Positions 39,756 through 50,137 of a DNA stretch of 64,000 bases are shown here, piece after piece (position 1 is the first letter of the stretch; each line of letters opens with the position of its first letter). Made by a program: the position numbers and the translations under genes. This stretch comes from an uncultured candidatus Porisulfidus sp. (GTDB taxonomy: Bacteria > Pseudomonadota > Gammaproteobacteria > Poriferisulfidales > Poriferisulfidaceae): assembly GCA_965116025.1 (NCBI GenBank), contig OZ220480.1:1568001-1632000 (forward strand). The letters are read 5' to 3'. Below the pieces are notes generated by a model, which did not search any database, was not told the origin of the DNA, and was given only the letters and a program-made list of their open reading frames with translations.

Positions 39756-40601
39756 TCAAGCGTCGCCCGTGGCGACGGGCCGCTCGGGATCCTGGATCCA
39801 TTCGCTCCATGAGCCGACGTATAATCGTCCCGGTTTCAGTCCCGCGTGCGCCATGGCCAAGAGATTATGGCAAGCGGTCACGCCAGAGCCGCAGGAGTGG
39901 CAAACGGGTCGCTCGTCTTTGGCGAGCGCCTCGAATCGTTGCCGTAGGGCCGCGGGAGATTTGAAGCGCCCGTCCTCGCCAAGATTCTCCTGGAAAGGCA
40001 TGTTCCGGGACCCGGGAATGTGTCCGCCCACGCGATCAAGCGGCTCTTGCTGTCCAGAAAAGCGCACGGGAGCGCGCGCGTCGATGAGCTGGACCCGATT
40101 TTCGCCCAAGGCGTCGACGACCGCCTCGGTGGTCATCCACGTGTCTTTCCGCGCTGAGACGGGATAGCGCGCTTTCTCTCTGAGCGGCGGCGTCTCGTCC
40201 GATACCGGGCGGTTTTCTCGGATCCATTGGAGCCAGCCGCCATTGAGAAGCGCGGTAGCTGGATGTCCCGCCCATCGCGTCAGCCACCACATCCGACCGG
40301 CGATCGCGCCGCCCATGTCGTCGTAGACCACGACTTGCGAATCCGTTCGAATGCCGAGGGATCCAAGCAGGGTAGCGAAGGCGTCTAGAGAAGGGAGCGG
40401 ATGTCGCCCGCTACTCGCGCTTGCGGGAGAGGCCATGTCTTCGTCCAAATGAACGTAGCGCGCTCCGGGAATGTGGCTTTCCCGCCATGCCTCTCGCCCG
40501 GCTTCCGGTCGTTTTAGGTCGAAGCGGCAGTCCAGCACGACAAGCCCGGGTTTCCCAAGCGAATCCTCCAATCGCGCCGTCTCGATCAAGGTATCGTGCA
40601 T
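39756..40601 (-). CDS. sseA: Two-domain rhodanese / 3-mercaptopyruvate sulfurtransferase
   Basis: HIPGA, GRHPLP, DARAP.RF, GHIPGS, catalytic CGSGVTAC, YVGSWSEW. Confidence 0.92.
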   Translation of the reverse strand: MHDTLIETARLEDSLGKPGLVVLDCRFDLKRPEAGREAWRESHIPGARYVHLDEDMASPASASSGRHPLPSLDAFATLLGSLGIRTDSQVVVYDDMGGAIAGRMWWLTRWAGHPATALLNGGWLQWIRENRPVSDETPPLREKARYPVSARKDTWMTTEAVVDALGENRVQLIDARAPVRFSGQQEPLDRVGGHIPGSRNMPFQENLGEDGRFKSPAALRQRFEALAKDERPVCHSCGSGVTACHNLLAMAHAGLKPGRLYVGSWSEWIQDPERPVATGDA

Positions 40602-40679
40602 GGTATCGTTCGCGAAGGGTCGGAGAGTTGGTGGCGGGGGAAACGGGCGGTCGCTTTAGGAAGGAATTATAGCGATTGT

Positions 40680-41690
40680 TCACCGCGATGCCGCGGTCGC
40701 GACGAAAATCGCCCGCACCGGAGCCGGGTGTCCCTCGACCGTTCTCGTTTGGTCCGATGGATCTAGAGCCTCCCGCAGAGAATGGAATCGCATCCAGTTG
40801 GTCGCTCGTTGCTCATCCGGCGTGGTGATCGCGCGATTCACTTGACGTGGTGACCGAAAGCCAGCTTCGTTCAGCGAGCGGAGGACGCGTTCAGGATTCC
40901 ACAGCGCTCGGACGTTGCGCATTCGGGCGTAGCGGCCGTCGATGAGCGACTCGCCGGACGGCGGCACGTCTTCGCGAATCAAGGTCTCGAGCAGAAGCTC
41001 GCCGCCTGGACGAAGATGCTGGCGCAGTCGCCGGATGTGCTCGTCCGGGTCTCGCCGGTGGTGCAGCACGCCCATTGAGAAAACGCTGTCGAATTTTCCT
41101 TCGGGTGAATCCTCAAGCCGCCCCGGAATCATTCCGGCTGGAAATTCGGGTGGCAGAAAGCGCGTCAACGCGGAAAACTGCCAGTTAGCGAGCCAGTTCG
41201 GCTCCACGCCCAAGGCGAGACGGGCACCCAGCCCGGCCATGCGCAGCAGATAGTAGCCATTGCTGCTCCCAACGTCCAGGACTCGGCGTCCCCGCAGGTC
41301 GGAGAGATGCGGGAGCAAGCGATTCCACTTCATAAAACTCCTCCATTCGGCATCGATGGAGATGCCGAACATCGAGAAAGGTCCTTTGCGCCAAGGAGAA
41401 AGGGCTCGAAGTCCAGAGTTGAGGCGTTCGCGTCGCGTCGCGTCGAGCTCCTCCGCCGCGCCGATTTCCGGTTGATCCGAGTTCAGCTCGATATGCAGAG
41501 CCTGTTGCCGGGGCAGGGCGCGAACGATTCCCCGCCAGCGTGGATAATCCCCGTGCTCCGGGCGCTCCCATCGCCGCGCGGCGGCTTCCCGCCATGCCTC
41601 CAGGCCGCACGAGCGCAGAAGCTCGGTCAGCTTGGCTTCGCGTTCCGGCGAATGGCCAGCATGGATAGGAAGTGAAGGCATTGGAACCAT
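40680..41690 (-). CDS. cmoB: tRNA U34 carboxymethyltransferase
   Basis: HGDYPRW, PWRKGPF, IDAEWRS, VLDVGS.NGY, SMGVLHHR, RYARMRNV, TVEGHPAP; start uncertain. Confidence 0.95.
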   Translation of the reverse strand: MVPMPSLPIHAGHSPEREAKLTELLRSCGLEAWREAAARRWERPEHGDYPRWRGIVRALPRQQALHIELNSDQPEIGAAEELDATRRERLNSGLRALSPWRKGPFSMFGISIDAEWRSFMKWNRLLPHLSDLRGRRVLDVGSSNGYYLLRMAGLGARLALGVEPNWLANWQFSALTRFLPPEFPAGMIPGRLEDSPEGKFDSVFSMGVLHHRRDPDEHIRRLRQHLRPGGELLLETLIREDVPPSGESLIDGRYARMRNVRALWNPERVLRSLNEAGFRSPRQVNRAITTPDEQRATNWMRFHSLREALDPSDQTRTVEGHPAPVRAIFVATAASR

Positions 41691-42385
41691 ACGGTGATGG
41701 AATCGAATCCGGCCGCGACCAGGCGTTCGCGATGAAAAACAGGTGAATCGCGTACCAGAACTTGTTCCAAGGCGGTTCGTTTCTGGCTGATTTCCAGCTC
41801 GCTGTAACCTTGGGCCCGCTTGAATCTCTCATGGCGCTTTCGCGTTCGAGACTCCACCGGCTCGTCAAAGCGGACCTTCTCGGTCAGAATCAGCGCTCCG
41901 CCCGGGCGCAGCGCGCTGGCGACGCGTCGCAACAGTGGCAAGCGGTCTTCTGGGGTCAGGAACTGCAGAGTCAAGTTCAGCACGATCACATCGGCGTCCC
42001 GTAGCTCCGCGTCGCGGATATCCGCGCATCGGTACCGCACGGGCGAGCCGGGGACGCGGGCGCAACGAGCGATCATGTCGGGCGACGAGTCGATCGCCAT
42101 GATCGGATGCTCGGGACCCATTCGCGCGCTCAGGGCGCGGGCCACCGCTCCCAGCGAGCAACCTAGATCGTAACAGGTTGCGCCCGCTCGCGCGTATTTC
42201 GCACCCAGCGTCGCGATGCCGTGGATCAGGCTGGCGTAGCCTGGCACCGATCGTTCAACCATATCCTGGAAGACGTTGGCGACTTCCGCGTTGAAACGAA
42301 ACCTCCTCGTGCCGTGAGGCGTGGCGTATAGCGAATCGGAAGCGCGCTCCGGGAATGCTGGATCAGGCGCTTGGCTTGAAATCAA
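41627..42385 (-). CDS. cmoA: Carboxy-S-adenosyl-L-methionine synthase
   Basis: FQDMVERSVPGY, YDLGCSLGA, LNLTLQF, GYSELEISQKRTALE; TTG start with GGAG RBS. Confidence 0.95.
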   Translation of the reverse strand: MISSQAPDPAFPERASDSLYATPHGTRRFRFNAEVANVFQDMVERSVPGYASLIHGIATLGAKYARAGATCYDLGCSLGAVARALSARMGPEHPIMAIDSSPDMIARCARVPGSPVRYRCADIRDAELRDADVIVLNLTLQFLTPEDRLPLLRRVASALRPGGALILTEKVRFDEPVESRTRKRHERFKRAQGYSELEISQKRTALEQVLVRDSPVFHRERLVAAGFDSITVWFQCLHFLSMLAIRRNAKPS

Positions 42386-42535
42386 TAGCTCCTCCAGATT
42401 CCTTCTCGCGGGTCCGTCTTGGTTTCCCGACGTGCGGGTTTTTTATTGATCTTCGCCGGAATCCGACGGGCACCGATAGATATTTGGCGCCAACTCCGAT
42501 TCGTTCGAGAAATAGTTCCCGGACTTGATCAAGGG

Positions 42536-43810
42536 TCACACGGAAAAAGCGGGAAGCTTTCGTGCCACCGTGACGTTTTTCAACGTCACGTATTTCGGTA
42601 GCCCGTCCTTGAATGGGGGTGGTTCCTCGCCTCGAATCAGTGGCTCTAGATAGGCGCGGCATGGGCCGGTGATGCGGTAGCCGTCCCGGCTGATGTAGCG
42701 GCGTGGCATCATCCGCTCGCGATTGGCGACCCGGGACAGGGCGACTTGCCCGATTTTCCAACGGTATGGGCGATCGGACGTGCGCACGATGGTCGGCATG
42801 ACCGCGGTCTGCCCGACCAGCGCGAACTGGACCGCGGCGCGCCCGACCGCGTAGGCTTGGTCCAAGTCGGTTTTCGAGGCGATGTGGCGAGCTGAGCGCT
42901 GCAGGTAGTCGGCCACCGCCCAGTGGTATTTGTAGCCCAGTTCCTGCCTGACCATCCGCGCGAGGATCGCGGCGTTCCCGCCGAGTTGCGCGTGTCCGAA
43001 CACGTCTCGGGTGCCGGCTTCGGCGAGAAACTCGCCGTCTTTGGCGCGCGTTCCCTCGGAAGCGATGATGGCGCAGAACCCGAAACGCTTCACGCAGTCA
43101 TCGACGCGGGCGAGAAAGGTCTTGGGGTCGAACGGGATTTCTGGGAACAGGATCAGGTGCGGAGGCTCGGCAGGCTGTCGCGAGGCCAGCCCGCCAGCCG
43201 CGGCGATCCAGCCCGCATGGCGTCCCATCACCTCCAGGATGAACACCTTGGTCGATGTGGCCGCCATGCAGGCGACATCCAGTCCCGCTTCGCGGATCGA
43301 GGTGGCGACGTATTTCGCGACCGATCCAAAGCCAGGGCAGTTGTCGGTGACCGGCAGATCGTTATCGACGGTCTTCGGTATCCCGACGCACTGGATCGGG
43401 TAGCCGAGCTGGCTGGCGAGCTGGGAGACCTTCCAGGCGGTATCCTGAGAGTCGCCGCCTCCGTTGTAGAAGAAATAGCCGATGTCGTGCGCGCCGAACA
43501 CCTTGATGAGGCGCTCGTACTGAGCGCGATTCTCCTTCAGCCCTTTGAGCTTATAGCGGCAGGAGCCGAACGCGGCGCCGGGAGTTTGGCGCAAGGCGGC
43601 GATGGTGTGGGCGCTTTCGCGATTGGTGTCGATCAAGTCCTCGGTCAAAGCCCCGATGATGCCGTTACGTCCGGCGTAAACTCGACCGATCCGCGACCCG
43701 TTCGCGCGGGCCGTCTCGATCACGCCGCAGGCCGAGGCGTTGATCACTGCCGTGGGCCCACCAGACTGGGCGTAAAAGGCGTTTCTCCTGTTAGCGCGTT
43801 TAGTTATCAC
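42536..43810 (-). CDS. pfp: 6-phosphofructokinase, probably pyrophosphate-dependent
   Basis: AQSGGPTAVIN, NGGGDS and PKTVDND (Asp and Lys at the phosphoryl-donor specificity positions), EVMGRHAGW. Confidence 0.85.
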   Translation of the reverse strand: MITKRANRRNAFYAQSGGPTAVINASACGVIETARANGSRIGRVYAGRNGIIGALTEDLIDTNRESAHTIAALRQTPGAAFGSCRYKLKGLKENRAQYERLIKVFGAHDIGYFFYNGGGDSQDTAWKVSQLASQLGYPIQCVGIPKTVDNDLPVTDNCPGFGSVAKYVATSIREAGLDVACMAATSTKVFILEVMGRHAGWIAAAGGLASRQPAEPPHLILFPEIPFDPKTFLARVDDCVKRFGFCAIIASEGTRAKDGEFLAEAGTRDVFGHAQLGGNAAILARMVRQELGYKYHWAVADYLQRSARHIASKTDLDQAYAVGRAAVQFALVGQTAVMPTIVRTSDRPYRWKIGQVALSRVANRERMMPRRYISRDGYRITGPCRAYLEPLIRGEEPPPFKDGLPKYVTLKNVTVARKLPAFSV

Positions 43811-44050
43811 GTTGATACTCTCCGTCGCCGTGTATTATAGAAAATCCGGTGAGGACAGTGGATTTCGTTCGACTTTATAGCTGAACACCGGGTCTCGGGT
43901 GCCTGATTTTAATCTGCCTCGGCATAGACTATTTGGCAAACATCACCAAATAATGAAGTTGTTCCCACATCCAAACTCGTATATCATTGATCCTTGGTAA
44001 CGCGGAACCCTGTGAAGCCCATCCACTTTTAGCCAGTGTAAGGAAGTACG

Positions 44051-45165
44051 TTGAACTTCGAATCGATAGACTCCCTCCAAAGGACGCTGTCCGATCAAGT
44101 GTTTCACTATGCCGCTGATCGGAAGAAGGCGGCGGGCAGGGCATTGGGAACGCTCGTTGAGATTGTGACTTACCATGCTCTCTGTGCGTGGAGACTCTCC
44201 AATCATATCGTGATTGAGCGCAGAGTGCCAGAGTTTGCGAATCCTGAAATCTCGCATAACGTCGAATTTTCCCTTCACCCAGTACTCGCCGAGCATCGCG
44301 TAGAAATCGCACCGTTATCCTTGCCAATAACAACGACAAAAGTGTTGCACGTCTGGCCACGTCTAGCGGAGCATACAATCAAGAAATCTCAACTTCTGAG
44401 TCAAGATTGGGTCAAGAGAAATTCGACTGTCCTCACGAAACCGAAGTTGGACCTATTGTCGCTAACATTGGAGCCTTGGACGTATCGCGATGCGCGCTCA
44501 CGATTTGCGAACTTTCTGCCGATCCGTTCGCGATAGTGGAATGTAAGCGAGTAGGTGTCGAAGAAGGGGTGAGAAAAGGTCCACAAACAATTGAAAAGGC
44601 TAAACAAGGCTCTTATGTCGCGCGTTCCGTTTCATCTCTGCAGAAAGTGAGATTGAGAAGCGGTCAATTCCAAGGTATTATTGAGCGAACCGATGGTCGG
44701 TTTCGTTCTGGGCCATACTTGGATGTGCAAAGAGAGATAATCGACACACTGTCGCCTTCTGAATTTCCAGGGTTCATTCTTACGATAGGGGTTGTGAGCA
44801 ATCATGGCAATTGGTTCACATCAGACAATCCGAATAAAGAGCTTCGCGTATTGGCCCAGTCTTACGATTGGTTGTTGTTCCTCACTGACCGCGGTTTAGC
44901 GATATTCATTGATGATCTTCTTCTAAATCCCACTGACGAGTTGAAACCAGCCCGCGCCGCTTTTCTCCAAAGCTACTCGGGTCAGAAGTCAACTAACAAA
45001 TTTACGAAGGTCCGCATGGATTCTGACGCGGACAAGATATTGCGGAAGTATTTTTCGCGACATGGATCTGAAATTGATGAAGAATGGTTCAATGTCATAT
45101 CGCCAGAGAATGGTGCGCTTCACTCGTTGAGAGCGGATTTGGGAACTCTTGCTAGCCGTGGCTGA
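44051..45165 (+). pseudogene. Putative restriction endonuclease (PD-(D/E)xK type) split by a 1-nt frameshift near 44433
   Basis: ORFs 44051-44536 and 44407-45165 join into one protein; GTLVE..HNVEF..IVECKRVG motif; lower GC; adjacent methyltransferase. Confidence 0.65.
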
Positions 45166-45184
45166 TCGTGCAGGAGCGACACAA

Positions 45185-45796
45185 ATGACCGCGGGTCGAA
45201 GCAATGCGGAATCGGTGAGCCAACACTGGTGCACTCCACCAAAATACGTAAATGCCATTCGGGAGTTCTTTGGCGGCCAAATCGCGCTGGACCCTTGCTC
45301 GAACGAGTATTCAATCGTGGATGCCGCTGTTGAGTATCGTCTGCCCCACTCTGATGGCTTGGCGCAACCATGGGATGCGCCGACGGTGTTCGTTAATCCG
45401 CCTTACGGGCGAGACAGAAGGAGGGGAACTGGAATCCTAGATTGGCTTAGAAAATGCAGCGAGGCGCGCTCGCGGCATGATGCTGAAGTGCTCGCGCTCG
45501 TGCCCGTAGCGACAAACACACGGCATTGGAAGAGTTTCGTCTTCGGCGCCGCTGACGGAGTCGCCTTCCTGTACGACACGCGGCTTAGATTTCTTGAAAA
45601 CGGAAGAAATTCGGGAAAAGGTGCCCCGATGTCGTGCGCGATGGTCTATTGGGGGCCAAGATACGAGCGTTTTGAGGGAGTGTTCATCCGCTTTGGCGCG
45701 GTGGTCGATCTTCGACATTTGCGAGGCAAATCCATTGGAGTGGACCGGCGCCTTCCGTTATTCGAGTCCAACGACCGTCATGTTCCCCTTCATTAA
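45185..45796 (+). CDS. DNA N6-adenine methyltransferase, phage-Dam-type
   Basis: WCTPP, LDPCS, DGLAQPW, VFVNPPYG, LVPVATNTRHW, RLRF; RBS CAGGAG; alternative GTG start at 45158. Confidence 0.88.
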   Translation: MTAGRSNAESVSQHWCTPPKYVNAIREFFGGQIALDPCSNEYSIVDAAVEYRLPHSDGLAQPWDAPTVFVNPPYGRDRRRGTGILDWLRKCSEARSRHDAEVLALVPVATNTRHWKSFVFGAADGVAFLYDTRLRFLENGRNSGKGAPMSCAMVYWGPRYERFEGVFIRFGAVVDLRHLRGKSIGVDRRLPLFESNDRHVPLH

Positions 45797-45851
45797 AAAA
45801 CTCGGATATCGGGAGATTTTGATTTTCGCGCGCGCTCCACGCGGTATGCCG

Positions 45852-47030
45852 CTACAACTGACGAAGTTCGTCCGACACGGCCATCGGTGACGGATAGTGC
45901 ATGACTATCCAGTATGAGGAGATGATGAAAGTGAACAGGGTGGTGGTCTGGATGATGTAGGAAGCGTTTTCGCTAATGACCCCGCCAGCCAGCGCGAGCA
46001 CCGCGATGAGCAACGAGAATTCGCTGACGTTCGCTAGGCGCACGCCGACCTCGTGGGCGCGTCCCGGTTTCTCGCCCGCCCGACGTAGCAAGACGCGGAA
46101 CAGCCAAGGCTTGGAGATCATCGCGAACGCGGTCAGCAACGTCGCTGGAACCACCACGTCCGGAAGCACTTTCCAATCGTATCCCGCGCCGATGGCGAAG
46201 AAGAAGATGACCAGGAAGAAGTCACGCAGCGGCTTGAGCACTTCCGCTACGAATTTCGCGATTGGGCTCGACGCCACGGCGACCCCGGCAATGAACGCGC
46301 CAGTTTCTTCGGACAGGCCCAGCACGGCGGCGAGCTCCGCGACGCCCAGGCACCACCCGATGACTAGCAGGAAGATGTACTCCTGAATCTGGTCGAAGCG
46401 GGCGAACAACGGGGTGAGCACGTAGCGCTGGAACAGAAGCGCGAACCCGGCGAGCAGGGGCAGGCTCATTAGCACGAGGAGAATCTCCCAAGCCCCTGCC
46501 GCGCCAGCGCTTCCGCCAGCGGACTGCAACTCGATAAGGATCAGGATGATGATGGCGAGCAGGTCCTGCAGAAGCAGGATGCTGATCATTAGCTCGCCCG
46601 TGATTTGGTGATGCAGGATGGTGGTTGGCAGAAGCTTCAGACCGATGATGGTGCTGGAGAACATCATGGCGGCGCCGACGAAGACCGAATCGAGAAGGGC
46701 CAGGCCCAGCGCGTAGCAGATCGCGCCGCCGCCGACACCGAAGAACCCCGAGGTGGCGGCGGTGATCACCGCGGTCTTGCGAAACAAGTGAAGCAACTTC
46801 TGCGGCTCGAGGTTGAGGCCCAGCAGGAACAGAAGGAACATGATGCCGATGTGCGATACGCTCTCGATCATCCGCGTGTCCGACACCAGTCCCGCGCCAA
46901 ACGGCCCGACGATCAGGCCCAGCAAAATGTACGCGATCAGCATCGTCTGCCGCGCGAACAGGGAGATGGTGGCCAGAACGGCCGCGCCTGTGAAGATCAG
47001 GAAAATCGTGAAAACGACGTCGGTGGCCAA
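45852..47030 (-). CDS. CPA2-family cation:proton antiporter
   Basis: About 12 TM segments; IGIMFLLFLLGL, FSST, LLLQDL, GAFIAG, RDFFLVIFF, SEFSL. Confidence 0.92.
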   Translation of the reverse strand: MATDVVFTIFLIFTGAAVLATISLFARQTMLIAYILLGLIVGPFGAGLVSDTRMIESVSHIGIMFLLFLLGLNLEPQKLLHLFRKTAVITAATSGFFGVGGGAICYALGLALLDSVFVGAAMMFSSTIIGLKLLPTTILHHQITGELMISILLLQDLLAIIILILIELQSAGGSAGAAGAWEILLVLMSLPLLAGFALLFQRYVLTPLFARFDQIQEYIFLLVIGWCLGVAELAAVLGLSEETGAFIAGVAVASSPIAKFVAEVLKPLRDFFLVIFFFAIGAGYDWKVLPDVVVPATLLTAFAMISKPWLFRVLLRRAGEKPGRAHEVGVRLANVSEFSLLIAVLALAGGVISENASYIIQTTTLFTFIISSYWIVMHYPSPMAVSDELRQL

Positions 47031-47360
47031 GGGTCTCCCTCCCCAGTTGGCGATCACGGGCATTTTAGCAGTAGGGCGAGAATGAAGGTTGCGTCTCGGC
47101 GCGAATGGTCGCGCGGTTTGACGGGCCTTCGGCATACGCCATACAATTGAACGACCCTTGCCAGAAAGATTCGCCATGCCCCGCGCGCGTGACCGTCAAG
47201 CCAGAGCCGATCTGCCGCGAAACTTGTTTACCGTGCCTTACGATCTTCTTGGCCGAGCGCTGTTCGCGCGAGTTACGGGCTGCGCCCGCGCTTTGAACGA
47301 AGCGCTTTCAGGCCGTTATGGCGCCGCGTCTCACGTGGGCGCGTGGGAGGCGCGCCACTA

Positions 47361-48539
47361 ATGCGAAGGTTCTATTCTGGAAGAAATTTCCACCGGGCCT
47401 GCTCGATTGAGGAGTTGCGGGAAATCGCTCGTCGACGCGTGCCGTATTTCGCGATGGAGTATGTTGACGGGGGCGCGGAGGATGAGGTTTCCTTATATCG
47501 CAACCGGGAAGTCTTGCGCTCCATCCAGTTCGTGCCGAACGTGCTGGTGGACACCAGTGGGCGCCATCAGCGGATTCGCTTGTTCGGTCGCGAATCTGAT
47601 TCTCCCCTCGCCATTTGTCCCACCGGACTCAATGGCATGTTGCGCCGCGATGCCGACGTGGCGTTGGCTCGGGCGGCGGAGAAGCACGGCATTCCGTTCT
47701 GTCTAGGGACCCTCTCGACCACCAGTCTGGAACGGGTCGCGCGCGAGGCGCATGGCCGTCTGTGGATGCAACTGTACGTTATGAATCGGCGCGAGATCAC
47801 GCAAAACATTCTGAGTCGCGCGCAAGACGCGGGCTACGAAGCGCTGGTGTTCACCGTGGACTCCAACATCTTCGGAAACCGGGAGTGGAACCGCCGCAGC
47901 TATCGCGCGCCAGCGAGACTGACCTCGCGCAATCTACTGGATGTCGCACGGCACCCTCACTGGATCTGGAACGCGCTCGTCCCTCGCGGAATTCCCCGTT
48001 TCGAGAATATCGTCGAGTTCATGCCACCGGAAGCGCGGAGCGCGAACGCGGGGGTGGCCATTGTGACGAAGCTGTTCGCGCCCGACATTACTTGGAAGGA
48101 TGTGGAGTGGTTGCGCGAGAAGTGGCCTCGCAAACTCATCCTCAAGGGCATTCTCTCTCCGGCGGACGCGCTCCGCGCCGTCGAGGCGGGGTGCGACGGT
48201 ATCGTCGTCAGCAACCACGGAGGAAGGCAGCTGGACGGTAGCGTCTCGTCCATAGAGGCGCTTCCCGGCATCGTGGAGGCGGTTGGCGAGAAAATCACTA
48301 TCCTCGTGGACAGTGGCTTCCGGCGCGGCACGGATGTCGTGAAGGCGCTGGCGCTAGGCGCGGACGCGGTCATGGTCGGTCGCGCGACGCTGTTTGGGTT
48401 GGCGGCTGGCGGGGAGGCCGGAGTCGGCCATGCGCTCTCGATTCTCGCCGAAGAGATCGATCGCGCTCTGGGTCAGCTGGGTTGCCGCTCGATCTCCGAC
48501 CTTGGGCCCCATCTTCTGAAATGCCCGTTCGACGCATGA
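47361..48539 (+). CDS. FMN-dependent alpha-hydroxy acid dehydrogenase (L-lactate/mandelate dehydrogenase family)
   Basis: YVDGGAEDE, WMQLY, LILKGI, VVSNHGGRQLDG, DSGFRRGTD. Confidence 0.95.
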   Translation: MRRFYSGRNFHRACSIEELREIARRRVPYFAMEYVDGGAEDEVSLYRNREVLRSIQFVPNVLVDTSGRHQRIRLFGRESDSPLAICPTGLNGMLRRDADVALARAAEKHGIPFCLGTLSTTSLERVAREAHGRLWMQLYVMNRREITQNILSRAQDAGYEALVFTVDSNIFGNREWNRRSYRAPARLTSRNLLDVARHPHWIWNALVPRGIPRFENIVEFMPPEARSANAGVAIVTKLFAPDITWKDVEWLREKWPRKLILKGILSPADALRAVEAGCDGIVVSNHGGRQLDGSVSSIEALPGIVEAVGEKITILVDSGFRRGTDVVKALALGADAVMVGRATLFGLAAGGEAGVGHALSILAEEIDRALGQLGCRSISDLGPHLLKCPFDA

Positions 48540-48547
48540 GGAGCGGA

Positions 48548-49108
48548 ATGCGCGTCGATCTTGAAAGCGGAGTGTTGCGCGAAGCGCGTCAGGTGGTCTC
48601 GCCAAACCGCGACGAACGGCCGGAAGACTGTGGAATCGATTTGGTGGTGATCCACGGCATTAGCCTCCCTCCGGGAGAATTCGGCACGGATTGCATCGAA
48701 AGGTTGTTCACGAACTCGCTGGACCCGAATGCTCACCCGTATTTCGAGAAGATCATAGAATTGCGCGTGTCGGCGCACCTGTTGATTCGGCGCGATGGAG
48801 AGGTGGTGCAGTTCGTGCCGTTTCGCGAACGCGCTTGGCACGCCGGGGAATCCCGCTTCGAGGGGCGTGATCGATGCAACGATTTCTCGATCGGGATCGA
48901 GCTGGAAGGTACCGATGATCTGCCGTACGAAGCGCCGCAGATCGAGCGTCTTCGCGAAGTCGTTCGCGCGCTGTTCCAGGCGTACCCGGGGCTAGGCCCG
49001 GAGCGAGTGGTCGGGCACTGCGATATCGCGCCGGGACGGAAGACCGATCCAGGGCCGCATTTCGACTGGACAGGATTCCGGGATTCGTTGGCGGGGTCGA
49101 ATGGTTAG
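48548..49108 (+). CDS. ampD: 1,6-anhydro-N-acetylmuramyl-L-alanine amidase
   Basis: [55 protein letters not shown]. Confidence 0.97.
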   Translation: MRVDLESGVLREARQVVSPNRDERPEDCGIDLVVIHGISLPPGEFGTDCIERLFTNSLDPNAHPYFEKIIELRVSAHLLIRRDGEVVQFVPFRERAWHAGESRFEGRDRCNDFSIGIELEGTDDLPYEAPQIERLREVVRALFQAYPGLGPERVVGHCDIAPGRKTDPGPHFDWTGFRDSLAGSNG

Positions 49109-49503
49109 CTGGCGCGCGGCTTCAGCGACAAGGCGATGGAGTTGATGCAGTAGCGTAAGCCGCCAGGCGGTGGGCCATCCGGGAAAACATGGCCAAGATG
49201 CGCGTCGCAGCGCGCGCAAAGGACTTCTGTGCGGGTCATGCCAATGCTGGAATCGACTCTCTCTTCCAAATACCGCTCCTCGGCAGGCTTGGTGAAGCTT
49301 GGCCAGCCCGTTCCCGAGTCGAATTTGTCTTTCGCGTCGAACAGAGGCTGTCCGCAACAGACGCACAGGTACACGCCGTCTTTCTCGCAATTCCAGTAAT
49401 CTCCATGGAACGGGGGCTCGGTGCCCTTGCGGCGACACACGGCAAATTGCTCGGCACTCAGTCGAGACCGCCATTCGGAATCGCTACGCGACAGTTTCTC
49501 CAC
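49105..49503 (-). CDS. msrB: Peptide-methionine (R)-S-oxide reductase
   Basis: [41 protein letters not shown]. Confidence 0.97.
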   Translation of the reverse strand: MEKLSRSDSEWRSRLSAEQFAVCRRKGTEPPFHGDYWNCEKDGVYLCVCCGQPLFDAKDKFDSGTGWPSFTKPAEERYLEERVDSSIGMTRTEVLCARCDAHLGHVFPDGPPPGGLRYCINSIALSLKPRAS

Positions 49504-49510
49504 GCGTGCG

Positions 49511-50137
49511 CTATGCCGGACGGTTCGGGTCGGTCTCGCTATTCCTTTTTGACGCGCGCTCACGTGCGATGGCCTCCAAAAGCGGAAATGGGCTTTCCTC
49601 GAAAGGAGGCTCAAGAGGCCATGTTAGCCGGATGCTGGTCGCCAATAAATTTTCCCGTTGATAAGCGGAATAACCGCGATGCCTTGATCTCGGCAGGTCT
49701 TCGTTTCGAATAAACGCGAAACGCCATTTTTGGCCGAACTCAAACAGGCTTACCGCCAAGATGTCGAACTTTCCTGGCAACAGGCAAGTCGTTTCCATCA
49801 CGCTTCCGTCTGGAAGCGTGACCTTCCGGCGGTCACTCGCGTCCACTTGGCATCGTCCAACGTATCCTCCATTATCGCGCCTCACGGAATTCGTCTGCAA
49901 GGATTTCACCTCGACGCTTATTTCTTCTCCTTGATACTCGAAGCTGAAATCGGCCGGTCTGGTTCTATCGTGATCGTCGTATCGGCGCAATTTGTGGATG
50001 CGCGCATCTGAAAAGATGCCACGTTGCAGCTTGTACTCTGACACAAATCCTATTAGGGGTCCGCGCGCGCTTGGGCGTTCGGAGAGAATCGCGTTGAGGT
50101 CTTCGAGAGACAGCCCCCAGTCATCGATTATTCCCAT
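49511..50137 (-). CDS. Putative Type II restriction endonuclease
   Basis: E..PADF..VEVKS (PD-(D/E)xK) motif; overlaps the upstream methyltransferase stop. Confidence 0.75.
   Translation of the reverse strand: MGIIDDWGLSLEDLNAILSERPSARGPLIGFVSEYKLQRGIFSDARIHKLRRYDDHDRTRPADFSFEYQGEEISVEVKSLQTNSVRRDNGGYVGRCQVDASDRRKVTLPDGSVMETTCLLPGKFDILAVSLFEFGQKWRFAFIRNEDLPRSRHRGYSAYQRENLLATSIRLTWPLEPPFEESPFPLLEAIARERASKRNSETDPNRPA

Noticed and set aside
44425-44445. Programmed frameshift or phase variation in the nuclease gene
   Set aside because: No slippery heptamer, homopolymer or tandem repeat at the junction; simple mutation or error is more likely
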